Part shown: piece after piece, positions 16,820 to 24,919 of the stretch
How positions within the stretch are numbered: position 1 is the first letter of the stretch
How the letters are laid out: each line of letters begins with the position of its first letter
IMG/VR virus record: IMGVR_UViG_3300023293_000077
Coordinates: 1-27,296 of that record
DNA from: a virus
Lineage: Duplodnaviria; Caudoviricetes
DNA: 27,296 nt
Reading direction: 5' to 3' (one strand)
Made by a program: the position numbers and the translations under genes
Notes under the pieces: model-generated
What the model saw: only the letters and a program-made list of their open reading frames with translations
Database searches by the model: none
What the model was told of the DNA's origin: nothing

Positions 16820-17580
16820 GCGTGTTGCTCCTGTTTGCTGCCGAAGTCTGGTATTTCATCGCCGCCAAGGTCGTTCTTGGCGTCCAGTTCGGCTTTCCTA
16901 GTGTTCTTGACTTGCTCAAGGGCTGAGTATGTGCCGCCACTGGATGCTCGGATTTCCGAAATGGTGCTGCTTTCGCTTGTCCAGCTTTCGCGCAGATCGT
17001 CGATGCTTTCGGCACCCTTTAGTTTTCCGGTGATACGTTTGGCGGCTGCTTCATAATCAAATGCGGGCTTTGCCTCGTCCTCTACGTCTTGCGCCTCAAT
17101 CGCGTGAAGGTCGCCCTTGTGCCAAAGGTCCAACGCAGCACCAAAGCGCATCGCAGCGTTGCGCAGCGCATCACCGATCCGCTCTTTCACCGCATTGCCG
17201 CCTTGCTTGCCGTCTGCATCGCCATAGCCAAGGCGCGTCACACCGCAAACTGTCAGCTTAATCCACATACCGCCTGTCTGGTCCAAGGCTGGTTGCCCAC
17301 GTTCGTCTACGGCGACAGGTTCCCAATTCCATTCGAAGTCACAGTCAAGCAAGCGATCCGTCAACGCGGCGTGGCCGACATAATCCAGATGCACCACGTC
17401 CTTGTGATGCCATGCGCCGCATAGGTTGCAGCGAATGCCCAGCTTGAAGTTTGCCTTCACATCGTCGGTTTGCTTGCGTGTTGGCTTAGGCAGCTTCGAT
17501 ATTGCGTTGGCCGGAAACGGCACTCTCAGAAGCGCAAGGCCAGATACCGGAGCGGGTTTTGTTTCGGTAACGGCGTTCAT
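16816..17580 (-). CDS. Rad52/Sak-like single-strand annealing protein
   Basis: LDYVGHAALTDRL and KERIGDALRNAAMRFG..LDLW motifs. Acidic DEIPDF tail. Confidence 0.8.
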   Translation of the reverse strand: MNAVTETKPAPVSGLALLRVPFPANAISKLPKPTRKQTDDVKANFKLGIRCNLCGAWHHKDVVHLDYVGHAALTDRLLDCDFEWNWEPVAVDERGQPALDQTGGMWIKLTVCGVTRLGYGDADGKQGGNAVKERIGDALRNAAMRFGAALDLWHKGDLHAIEAQDVEDEAKPAFDYEAAAKRITGKLKGAESIDDLRESWTSESSTISEIRASSGGTYSALEQVKNTRKAELDAKNDLGGDEIPDFGSKQEQHA

Positions 17581-17777
17581 GCGACTACCTCCAGCTTTGC
17601 CAAAATTGCGGCATTAAATGCGTCTGCAATTGCGTGAGCAGCGGCGGGCGTGGTGTAGATCGGCATTTCCTCACCATCTGCGCTGTGAAAGCGAACCGAA
17701 GCGCGGCGCTTGCCCTCCAACTCAAACTCGAAAACGGTCGCGTGTGTCGGATTGTGAAACTGGACTGATAGTCCCAT
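17577..17777 (-). CDS. Hypothetical protein (66 aa)
   Basis: GGAG RBS and coupling at both ends. Confidence 0.55.
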   Translation of the reverse strand: MGLSVQFHNPTHATVFEFELEGKRRASVRFHSADGEEMPIYTTPAAAHAIADAFNAAILAKLEVVA

Positions 17778-17914
17778 TATATTATCTCCCAAATATGGTT
17801 GGCGAAGGTCCAGCAGGCGACAGAAACAACTAAGAAAACGATTGCAGACATGGCGCGGTATTCGCGTTTTTTTGCGGGTGTCGGGTATGCCCAAGGGCCG
17901 TGGCTCTGTTTCAT
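17777..17914 (-). CDS. Small membrane protein (45 aa)
   Basis: GGAGG RBS, ATGA overlap and a single TM segment. Confidence 0.5.
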   Translation of the reverse strand: MKQSHGPWAYPTPAKKREYRAMSAIVFLVVSVACWTFANHIWEII

Positions 17915-18732
17915 ATCTCTGCCTCCGGTCTGACGTATACAGTCGGTTTTGCCGGACACATTTCAATCGTTTGGAAAATCCAAGCCTTATACTTGCGCCA
18001 GAATTTCAGAGCACCTTTGCCGTCCATTTCCGCAATCCGATGATCGTCAAAGTCGGCCCATTCGCTGATCAGGTGGCGTTTGCAACCGATTTGCAAAATG
18101 TCGGCGGTGTATGTGATTGAGTACCGCTCAATCTGGATACACTTGACGTAATCGTTGATGCCGTTGGCACCGCTCAGGTTAGCATCGCGCAGGTTGGCAC
18201 CGCCCAGGTTGGCACCGATCAGGTTGGCATCGCTCAGGTTGGCACCGCGCAGGTAGGCACCGCGCAGGTGAGCATCGCTCAGGTTGGCATCGCGCAGGTT
18301 GGCACCGCGCAGGTTGGCACAGTACAGGTTAACACAGCTCAGGTTGGCACCGATCAGGTTGGCACCGCGCAGGTTGGCATCGCTCAGGTTGGCACAGAGC
18401 AGGTTAACACAGCTCAGGTTGGCACCGATCAGTTTGGCACCGATCAGGTTGGCACCGCGCAGGTTGGCACCGATCAGGTTGGCATCGCTCAGTTTGGCAC
18501 CGATCAGGTTGGCACCGCGCAGGTTGGCATCGCGCAGGTTGGCATCGCGCAGGTTGGCACCGCGCAGGTAGGCACCGCGCAGGTTGGCATCGCGCAGGTT
18601 GGCATCGTTTTTCACCGCCCAGCGGACAGCAAGGCCTAGCTTCACGCTGCCCAAGTCTTTATCTCTTGGCTCAATTTCTGAGGTAAACTGGACTGCGCCT
18701 GCAACCCTGCTGAATACGTCAAATTTAATCAT
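17911..18732 (-). CDS. Pentapeptide repeat protein with conserved C-terminal domain
   Basis: About 30 [DGC]ANL[RSI] units followed by an ILQIGCKRH..SEW domain. Confidence 0.93.
   Translation of the reverse strand: MIKFDVFSRVAGAVQFTSEIEPRDKDLGSVKLGLAVRWAVKNDANLRDANLRGAYLRGANLRDANLRDANLRGANLIGAKLSDANLIGANLRGANLIGAKLIGANLSCVNLLCANLSDANLRGANLIGANLSCVNLYCANLRGANLRDANLSDAHLRGAYLRGANLSDANLIGANLGGANLRDANLSGANGINDYVKCIQIERYSITYTADILQIGCKRHLISEWADFDDHRIAEMDGKGALKFWRKYKAWIFQTIEMCPAKPTVYVRPEAEI
18157..18606 (-). repeat. 15-bp coding tandem repeat, ~30 units
   Basis: Recurrent CAGGTTGGCA(C/T)CG(C/A)N periodicity on the + strand. Confidence 0.95.
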
Positions 18733-18872
18733 GTCTCTGCCTCATATGTTGTCAGGTGTTCAGCGGTGCGGACCTCACGGCGCTTCATCTCCGAAAGTGC
18801 GAATTGCATGTCTTGGATTTCTTCGGCTGCGGTGTAGATGTCGCGGAAATACGCGATAATGCGGCGGATCAT
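18729..18872 (-). CDS. Hypothetical protein (47 aa, MIRRIIAYFRDIY...)
   Basis: Fills the gap with ATGA overlaps at both ends. Below the ORF-track cutoff. Confidence 0.55.
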   Translation of the reverse strand: MIRRIIAYFRDIYTAAEEIQDMQFALSEMKRREVRTAEHLTTYEAET

Positions 18873-19234
18873 TGGCTTACCCCCGGCACGTATCCATGCC
18901 CGTCGCACTCAAGGCACCATTCGGTGAACCTGCCGCCCCGATCATCGTCACAGCTAACACCGCTCAAGGTATCGGCGCATGTGCTGCATTTGACGTGTCC
19001 AGCAGGGATGTAGGGCTTGGGAAGGGGATCGGTGTAGTCGTAGCAATCCCAGCAGATCGCCCCATCGAAGCGTTCAACATATTCAGCCAAGAGAGGCGCA
19101 TTTACATGCCCATCCGGCACGATCTGATTGCGTTCCAGATCATCGCGATTGCATGATGCGCAGACACAGTAGCCGTCCATCTGTTGCAGATTGCTCGTGG
19201 CTAGAACGGCGTTAATGGTGTGGTGAATGCTCAT
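18869..19234 (-). CDS. Cys-rich zinc-finger protein
   Basis: CASC, CWDC, CSTC and CLECDGHG motifs. Coupled start. Confidence 0.6.
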   Translation of the reverse strand: MSIHHTINAVLATSNLQQMDGYCVCASCNRDDLERNQIVPDGHVNAPLLAEYVERFDGAICWDCYDYTDPLPKPYIPAGHVKCSTCADTLSGVSCDDDRGGRFTEWCLECDGHGYVPGVSQ

Positions 19235-19431
19235 GTCCGCACCGCGTCGATAACATAAGCGGGCGTTACCCACCTATGTACGATAAGCGACAAGCATGGC
19301 GCAGGGCAGGCGGGCATTGTGTGGCGTGACAAGCCAGCGCAGAAAGCCTTTTCAGCCTTCGTGCGGTAGTCTGTGATTTCTTCGCGGCTGGCAGTCCTGC
19401 CGTTCGCGTCGGTGTAGAAATGCGGGGTCAT
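19231..19431 (-). CDS. First gene of the leftward early operon, hypothetical
   Basis: Strong GGAGG RBS just downstream of the leftward promoter. Confidence 0.6.
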   Translation of the reverse strand: MTPHFYTDANGRTASREEITDYRTKAEKAFCAGLSRHTMPACPAPCLSLIVHRWVTPAYVIDAVRT

Positions 19432-19463
19432 AGTTCGTCCTCCAGGTTGATTGCTTGAGGATT

Positions 19464-19492
19464 AAGGTATCCACCAATCGTGGATTATGCAA
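19464..19492 (-). promoter_or_regulatory. Leftward early promoter (PL-like) with operator in the spacer
   Basis: On the - strand TTGCAT-N17-TACCTT. The spacer holds ATCCAC-N5-GTGGAT (19469-19485). Confidence 0.7.
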
Positions 19493-19515
19493 GCACTAAA
19501 TCACAAATGGTGGTA

Positions 19516-19545
19516 TTGCAATTATCCACATATGGTGGATATAAT
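19516..19545 (+). promoter_or_regulatory. Rightward early promoter (PR-like) with operator in the spacer
   Basis: TTGCAA-N18-TATAAT. The spacer holds ATCCAC-N5-GTGGAT (19524-19540). Confidence 0.72.
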
Positions 19546-19551
19546 GCCCTA

Positions 19552-19815
19552 ATGATAACAACCATTCAATTCGCTGAGAAGGTCGGACGCCAGAAAATGG
19601 CATCGGCGCTTCAAGTTCTGCCAACGGCTGTGAGCAATGCAGTGGTGCGCGGAACATTCCCCCCGTCATGGTTTAAAACCTGTACGGGGCTTGCAAATGC
19701 GGCGGGCATCCCTTGCCCCCCCGAACTGTTCAGTCAGCGTCCTTTTCATAATACACCATCTGTGGATTGCCGAGATGATATTCAAGGGCAGTCACCCAAG
19801 GCAGGTGCAGCATGA
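19552..19815 (+). CDS. Cro-like HTH regulator (87 aa), probably leaderless
   Basis: GRQKMASALQVLPTAVSNAVVRGTFPPSW fits a Cro-type HTH. First gene of the rightward operon. ATG 6 nt after the -10 with no RBS. Confidence 0.7.
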   Translation: MITTIQFAEKVGRQKMASALQVLPTAVSNAVVRGTFPPSWFKTCTGLANAAGIPCPPELFSQRPFHNTPSVDCRDDIQGQSPKAGAA

Positions 19816-19876
19816 CACGCACAGCCCTATACCGCCACTTCGGCGCAGACGGCTTGGCCGCGCTTGAGGTGACGGC

Positions 19877-20500
19877 ATGACGCAGAATAGATCCTCTGCG
19901 GTTATGCAGCAAGATAATGAGCCACACGATAGCCTAGGGGACTTCCCGACCCCTTGCTGGGCCACACGCGCCCTGTGTGAGTGGATCGTTGATCGGGGAT
20001 ATCAGACACCAGACATAACCTGCCGTGAGCCAGCCGCCAACCGGGGCCACATGGTCAAGCCGCTGCGTGAATACTTCGGTACGGTAGAGGCATCGGACAT
20101 TCACGACTATGGCGCTGGCTTTCCGGTGCAGGATTACCTTTTCGGCGCAGAACCGATTGGTATCGTAGACTGGACGATAACAAACCCGCCATTTCGTCTT
20201 GCGCAACAATTCATCACTCAGGCGCGCAACACCAGCCGCCACGGCGTTGCCGTCATTGTCCGCACCGCGTTTCTTGAGGGTATCGGGCGGTATAACGACC
20301 TGTTCAGCACGGGCGCACCGACCGACATTCTGCAATTCTCGGAACGCGTTGTGATGCACAAGGGCAGCACGGCCACTGCGTATTGCTGGCTGATCTGGCG
20401 GAACAATGACCGCACGGGCCAGACTGCGTTCGACTGGATTGCACCTTGCAGAAAGCGCCTTGAGCGCTCCGGTGATTATCCGGTGGAGGCCGCGCAATGA
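19877..20500 (+). CDS. Amino (N6-A/N4-C) DNA methyltransferase
   Basis: FPTP.W, EPAANRGHM (SAM-binding) and ITNPPF (catalytic) motifs. Confidence 0.85.
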   Translation: MTQNRSSAVMQQDNEPHDSLGDFPTPCWATRALCEWIVDRGYQTPDITCREPAANRGHMVKPLREYFGTVEASDIHDYGAGFPVQDYLFGAEPIGIVDWTITNPPFRLAQQFITQARNTSRHGVAVIVRTAFLEGIGRYNDLFSTGAPTDILQFSERVVMHKGSTATAYCWLIWRNNDRTGQTAFDWIAPCRKRLERSGDYPVEAAQ

Positions 20501-21087
20501 CTTGGCTGATAGCATGTGAATACTCTGGCCGAGTCCGTGACGCAATGATTGCGCAGGGTATCGACGCGGTATCCTGCGACCTGCTGCCAACCGAGGTCGA
20601 CGGCCCGCACATTCAAGGCGACGTGTCGGATCTTCTGCGCAAGCGTTGGGCCGGGGTTATCGCTCACCCGCCATGTACCCGGCTTTGCAACAGCGGCGTG
20701 CGCTGGCTGGCAGAACGCGACCTATGGGATGACATGCGCCAGGGCGCGGCGTTTTTCCTTGAGTGCCTCAACGCAAACGCCCCCATGGTTGCAGTGGAAA
20801 ACCCCGTAATGCACCGCTACGCCCGTGAGATCGTCGGTCGCGGCCCTGACTTCACGTGCCAGCCTTGGCAGTTCGGCGACACGGCAAAGAAGCGCACCTG
20901 CTTCTGGACGCGCGGCCTGCCAGCATTGACCCCGACAAGCCACATGACAGCATCAGACGCCCGTGCGGATTGCCACCTTGCCAGCCCCGGGCCTGATCGC
21001 TGGAAAGAGCGCAGCCGGACCTATCCCGGGATTGCAAGCGCTATCGCATCACAGTGGGGCGTTCTCAGCATGGATGCCGCAGCATGA
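20497..21087 (+). CDS. Short C5-cytosine DNA methyltransferase-like protein
   Basis: ACEYSG, AHPPCT, ENP and KKRTCFW motifs. Confidence 0.78.
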   Translation: MTWLIACEYSGRVRDAMIAQGIDAVSCDLLPTEVDGPHIQGDVSDLLRKRWAGVIAHPPCTRLCNSGVRWLAERDLWDDMRQGAAFFLECLNANAPMVAVENPVMHRYAREIVGRGPDFTCQPWQFGDTAKKRTCFWTRGLPALTPTSHMTASDARADCHLASPGPDRWKERSRTYPGIASAIASQWGVLSMDAAA

Positions 21088-21214
21088 CCCCCTTTACAGC
21101 ATCCCGGCATTCATGTGCCGGGCTATCCGCGACCTCCCGCGCGGATCAACTGGCGGGGGTTGAGCGCTCAGGCGTTTCCCCCGTCCTTTTATTCACACCA
21201 CAACCTAAACGGTT

Positions 21215-21496
21215 ATGAAAGATTTTCGCATGGACGGATCAGCTATTGAGCAGACAGACAGCCACCGGGTTGCAGCGTCAGAGTTGCGGGCATTCGTAGA
21301 GCGCATCGAACGCCTGCGGGCAGAGATTGCAGAAATCAAGGAAGTCGAGAAAGAGGTGTTCGCTGAATTGAGCGGGCGCGGCTATCTCAAGCGGCCCGTG
21401 CGCACGATCATAAAAGAACGCGCGACCGATCCCGATAAACTTTCGGAAGAATCTGCGGTGCTGGACCTCTATAGGGAGGCATTGTCCAATGGCTGA
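21215..21496 (+). CDS. gapR: GapR/DUF2312 family DNA-binding protein
   Basis: ELRAFVERIERL..E.....KEVFAE..GRGY...R.IIK.R..D......E.AVLDLY..AL pattern. Confidence 0.85.
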   Translation: MKDFRMDGSAIEQTDSHRVAASELRAFVERIERLRAEIAEIKEVEKEVFAELSGRGYLKRPVRTIIKERATDPDKLSEESAVLDLYREALSNG

Positions 21497-21629
21497 ACTA
21501 GAACGCTTACGCTCATCGCTAGAGCGCCGCATACAGGCCCGCCAAGGCCAGCCCGGTGTGGTTGCGCTACGTCACCGCCTGTACGCCGTCACGCATGAGA
21601 TATTAGCGCGGGGTGGCAAGAATGGCTGA
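21489..21629 (+). CDS. Hypothetical protein (46 aa)
   Basis: GGAGG RBS and ATGGCTGA overlaps at both ends. Confidence 0.5.
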   Translation: MAELERLRSSLERRIQARQGQPGVVALRHRLYAVTHEILARGGKNG

Positions 21630-22032
21630 CGCTATCACAGGGCAGATACAGTGCTTTTCAGTGCCATTTCCCCCCAACGAATTATCACCAAACGCCCGAC
21701 ATCACTGGACCAAGGTAAACAAGGCAAAGAAGCTGCACCAGCGGGCTGTGTGGGTGTCCCTGCTTGAGCAAAAGATACGCAAGATGGGCGACGCCAGTAT
21801 CGGCTTTGAGATGGCGTTCTATCCACCCGCAAACTACGCCTATGACGATGATAACCTTGTGCACCGCATGAAGGGCGCACGGGATGAAATCGCCCGCTTT
21901 ATCGGTGTTGATGATAACATATTTCGCATGGCTGCGCCCGTTATTTCTGGCGCTGAACCGCCCTTGGGACGTGTGGCTATTACACTGCGCCCGTCGATGG
22001 TTTCCGTCCCTTTGCGGGGGGCGATATCGTGA
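21622..22032 (+). CDS. RusA-like Holliday junction resolvase
   Basis: PFPP..LSPNAR.HW and D.DNL...K...D.IA...GVDD motifs. Confidence 0.72.
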   Translation: MADAITGQIQCFSVPFPPNELSPNARHHWTKVNKAKKLHQRAVWVSLLEQKIRKMGDASIGFEMAFYPPANYAYDDDNLVHRMKGARDEIARFIGVDDNIFRMAAPVISGAEPPLGRVAITLRPSMVSVPLRGAIS

Positions 22033-22532
22033 GCCACGATGCAACAAACTGGGCTATTAAACAACGTGGATTGAAGCCTGCGGCCAAGGTTGTGTTGTGG
22101 CACTTGTGCGACCGCTACCACCCCGACTACGGCTGTTTTCCAAGCAAGGAAACGCTTGGCCGCGACTGCGAAATGTCGGTGCGTTCTGTTTACGACCAGA
22201 TAGCAATTTTGGAGGCTAAAGGGCTGCTGAAAGTAGTCACTCAGGCGTTCCAAGCGGCCAGCGGCAAGTATTCAAGCAATTCCTACATTTTGGGGTGCGA
22301 CCCTGCATTTGGGCAAGATGTTGATTCACCGTCGGCAAAATCTGCCGTCGGCAGAACTGCGCAATCACCGTCGGCAAATTCACGTAGTCATTGTCGGCAA
22401 ATTTTGCCGACTAACTCTGTAAGTAAACCAGTAAATGAAAAACCCCCTAACCCCCAAGGGGGAATGGGGAGGATTTCTAGATTTGGGGTTTCAGAGAATG
22501 TTTTGAAATTATTGAAGGAGCAAGAGCAATGA
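22029..22532 (+). CDS. Replication initiator with N-terminal winged HTH (lambda O-like position)
   Basis: AKVVLWHLCD...CFPSKETL...CEMSVRSV...I..LE.KGLL motif and internal iteron-like repeats. Confidence 0.78.
   Translation: MSHDATNWAIKQRGLKPAAKVVLWHLCDRYHPDYGCFPSKETLGRDCEMSVRSVYDQIAILEAKGLLKVVTQAFQAASGKYSSNSYILGCDPAFGQDVDSPSAKSAVGRTAQSPSANSRSHCRQILPTNSVSKPVNEKPPNPQGGMGRISRFGVSENVLKLLKEQEQ
22326..22411. repeat. Iteron-like repeats / putative replication origin
   Basis: GTCGGCA(A/G)A at 22331, 22347, 22370 and 22393. Palindrome 22393-22411. A-rich tract follows. Confidence 0.7.
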
Positions 22533-23080
22533 TGAAGTTTGAAGAACGTAGGGCCAAGGCGGAATCGGCGGTTGTTGAATTTCTAAGCGGATTTGCCCCG
22601 CCAAGAGGTTTGAGCGACGAAGCGATGGCAAAGCACGTTGCGAATATCGCCGACGCCTTTGCCCGTCGCCTGCCAGTTGGCGATGAAGTGCGGTTCAACT
22701 CGGATATTGAAAAAACCTTCACAGCGATCCGCGACAATCACAAAAGCTACGCTTGGCCCGTTCAATCTGAGTTTGTCGATGCAATGCCCAAGGGCGTTTC
22801 GCAATCGGGTGCCAAGTTGCAGCAATACAAGCCCGACGAAAAAGAGGCGATGGTTCGCCGCATGTCGGCAGGTGAGGCCGTGCCAGAGGGTTACGTGTGG
22901 GGGCATATGGCCGCCTCTATCGGCGCAATGGCTGGCCGTGATGTGTTGGACCAGTATCGCCGCGGATCTGTGTCTGCGTTTGTCGATGTGTTTGCGAATG
23001 ACGCTTACGGGATGTTGCAAGCGAAATACGGCGATGTTGTCGCCCCCTATTTCTCAGCACGGCAGGAGGGCGCAGCATGA
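22529..23080 (+). CDS. Hypothetical protein, replication module
   Basis: Coupled downstream of the initiator, 183 aa. Confidence 0.6.
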   Translation: MMKFEERRAKAESAVVEFLSGFAPPRGLSDEAMAKHVANIADAFARRLPVGDEVRFNSDIEKTFTAIRDNHKSYAWPVQSEFVDAMPKGVSQSGAKLQQYKPDEKEAMVRRMSAGEAVPEGYVWGHMAASIGAMAGRDVLDQYRRGSVSAFVDVFANDAYGMLQAKYGDVVAPYFSARQEGAA

Positions 23081-23457
23081 GCAATCACTCTCAAATTATC
23101 CGTGAAACGCTTGATGACATGGAATCCCGTCACGCATCGGAACGCCGTGCCCTGTTCGACGCAATGACAACCAGCGCTTACCGCAAAGGCGTTTATTCTC
23201 AGGACTGCGAGGACGTGCCAGAGGCCGAGTTAATCCGCATTCATCGCCGGGTGGCCGCAACCAAGGGCTTGAACCCCGACGAAATGCAGCGCCGGGACCG
23301 TTCGACGTATCTCGTCGCAGCCCGTTGGCAGGTTTTCTACGAAGCCAACTTTGCCGGATATTCGCTGTCGGAAATCGGGCGGTATTTCAACCTCGACCAC
23401 ACGGCAATCAGAAACGGCATAGCCCGCCACGCAGAAAAGATTGGGGCCAAGAAATGA
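23077..23457 (+). CDS. DnaA C-terminal-like HTH protein
   Basis: AR......GYSLSEIGRYFNLDHTAIRNG matches the DnaA domain IV signature. Confidence 0.75.
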   Translation: MSNHSQIIRETLDDMESRHASERRALFDAMTTSAYRKGVYSQDCEDVPEAELIRIHRRVAATKGLNPDEMQRRDRSTYLVAARWQVFYEANFAGYSLSEIGRYFNLDHTAIRNGIARHAEKIGAKK

Positions 23458-23648
23458 ATGCAGTCGAGCAAGCAATGCAATTCAACGGCATCACACCGCC
23501 ACAACCGGGAAGCCGCAAGACAACCTGCCCAAAGTGCAGCCACACCCGGCGCAAGCATTTGGAAAAGTGCCTGCGCGTCGAAGTCGATGGCAACGGCGTC
23601 TCATGGAAATGTTTTCACTGCAAAGACGAAGGGAACGACACGATATGA
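23454..23648 (+). CDS. Stand-alone primase-type zinc-ribbon protein (64 aa)
   Basis: TTCPKCS...KCLRV.....WKCFHC. ATGA overlaps at both ends. Confidence 0.6.
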   Translation: MNAVEQAMQFNGITPPQPGSRKTTCPKCSHTRRKHLEKCLRVEVDGNGVSWKCFHCKDEGNDTI

Positions 23649-24034
23649 ACATCACTCAGAGAACCGACAACCGCCACGCCCAAGCGTCCACCATGGCGGC
23701 GGGTGTTATCCCGGCCAACCTACCTGACGCCAAGGTTGACGAGTACGCAATGGGGCTTGCTATGATGCGGGCCGCTCGGATGGAGGGTCACAAGGGCAAA
23801 GCGCCTTCAATGCAAAACAGAGGCCGCGAACCGTTTAGCCGTGAAATAGATGCCGAAATTCTGCGGGTGATTAAAAAGGAAATGACAACGCGGCAGATCA
23901 CCGACGCGGTTTGCCGGGGTCTTGGGCGAGAAATTCACATCAAGACAATCGGCTGCAGACTTCGCGGGCCGCTGTTTGACTTGCTGCACCACCGAAAAGC
24001 CACATGCGGGGCCGTCTGGACAATGAAGCAATGA
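23645..24034 (+). CDS. Hypothetical protein, possible C-terminal HTH
   Basis: Coupled start. EILRVIKKEMTTRQI pattern. Confidence 0.5.
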   Translation: MNITQRTDNRHAQASTMAAGVIPANLPDAKVDEYAMGLAMMRAARMEGHKGKAPSMQNRGREPFSREIDAEILRVIKKEMTTRQITDAVCRGLGREIHIKTIGCRLRGPLFDLLHHRKATCGAVWTMKQ

Positions 24035-24270
24035 GCGTCCCGCCGTATGACGCGCAGCCGACAAGCGAAGTCAGCTTGGCACAGGAACCCACCCCCGAAA
24101 TGGAGCAACAGGTCAGAGACGCTGTCGGGCGGCTTACATGGGGCTATCAGTCGGCAGCAACCGTCCTGGCCGCTGGGGTCCACGTCAACGCCCTGCGGAC
24201 CGCGTTGGTGCAGCTAGGGCGCGATGCAGACGCAGAAATCAAAGCAGCGATTGGGGCGATTGATGATTGA
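24031..24270 (+). CDS. Hypothetical protein
   Basis: ATGA coupling. Confidence 0.5.
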   Translation: MSVPPYDAQPTSEVSLAQEPTPEMEQQVRDAVGRLTWGYQSAATVLAAGVHVNALRTALVQLGRDADAEIKAAIGAIDD

Positions 24271-24919
24271 AGGCATAAAATACACGCAGGGCCAAAGTAG
24301 GGCTAAAATTATCTGCGACGATTGCAACCGCGATGAATGCGTACCTTGCGCCTATGTCACCAAACAGATCGGCGGTCGGCCGGCGCGCCCCAACGAAAGC
24401 CAAGCCCGCGCCAAGGCGCTCACAATGGGGTGGACGTACATAAAGAACAAACTCAGATGCCCAAGCTGCGAAGCAAAAAGAAAGGTGGTTCCAATGAAAC
24501 CCGTGAAAGCCGAGACACAAACGCCAGAGCCAACAAAACGCCAGCGCATCGACATATTCACGATGCTTGCAGAGTGCTACGATATTGACGACGGAAAATA
24601 CAGACAGGGCGATACTGACGACACCTTGGCCGAGGTTCTTGGTGTTCGTCCCGGTTGGGTGATGCTGATCAGAGAAGCCGAGTTTGGGCCGGATGGTGGA
24701 AACGAGGACATGGAAAGCCTGTCATTGTCATTCAATAAATCCCGCGCAGCATTTCGCGAACTTCTGGAAAAATCAGAAGCCCTGGAAAAAGAACTGGAAA
24801 CAATCAAAGCAAGTGCAGCCGCAGAGAAGAACAGGTGGGACGGACTTGCGGCGCAGTTGTCTGTGATACGAAAAGCCGTTGGTCCGCGCGTGGCAAACCG
24901 AGTTTCAGGGCAAGCATGA
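24263..24919 (+). CDS. Zinc-finger and coiled-coil protein
   Basis: CDDC...GW......CPSC and a C-terminal coiled coil. Confidence 0.6.
   Translation: MIEGIKYTQGQSRAKIICDDCNRDECVPCAYVTKQIGGRPARPNESQARAKALTMGWTYIKNKLRCPSCEAKRKVVPMKPVKAETQTPEPTKRQRIDIFTMLAECYDIDDGKYRQGDTDDTLAEVLGVRPGWVMLIREAEFGPDGGNEDMESLSLSFNKSRAAFRELLEKSEALEKELETIKASAAAEKNRWDGLAAQLSVIRKAVGPRVANRVSGQA

Noticed and set aside
18157-18606. Possible CRISPR array or second DGR repeat
   Set aside because: Contiguous 15-bp units with no unique spacers, in frame within a pentapeptide protein. No cas genes and no match to the TR.
18268-18639. + strand repetitive ORFs (AQVGT / RRLAP repeats)
   Set aside because: Antisense shadows of the pentapeptide repeat gene.
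19480-19551. Longer N-terminus of the cro-like ORF from GTG 19480
   Set aside because: It overlaps the operators and promoter. ATG 19552 gives a typical Cro-sized protein.
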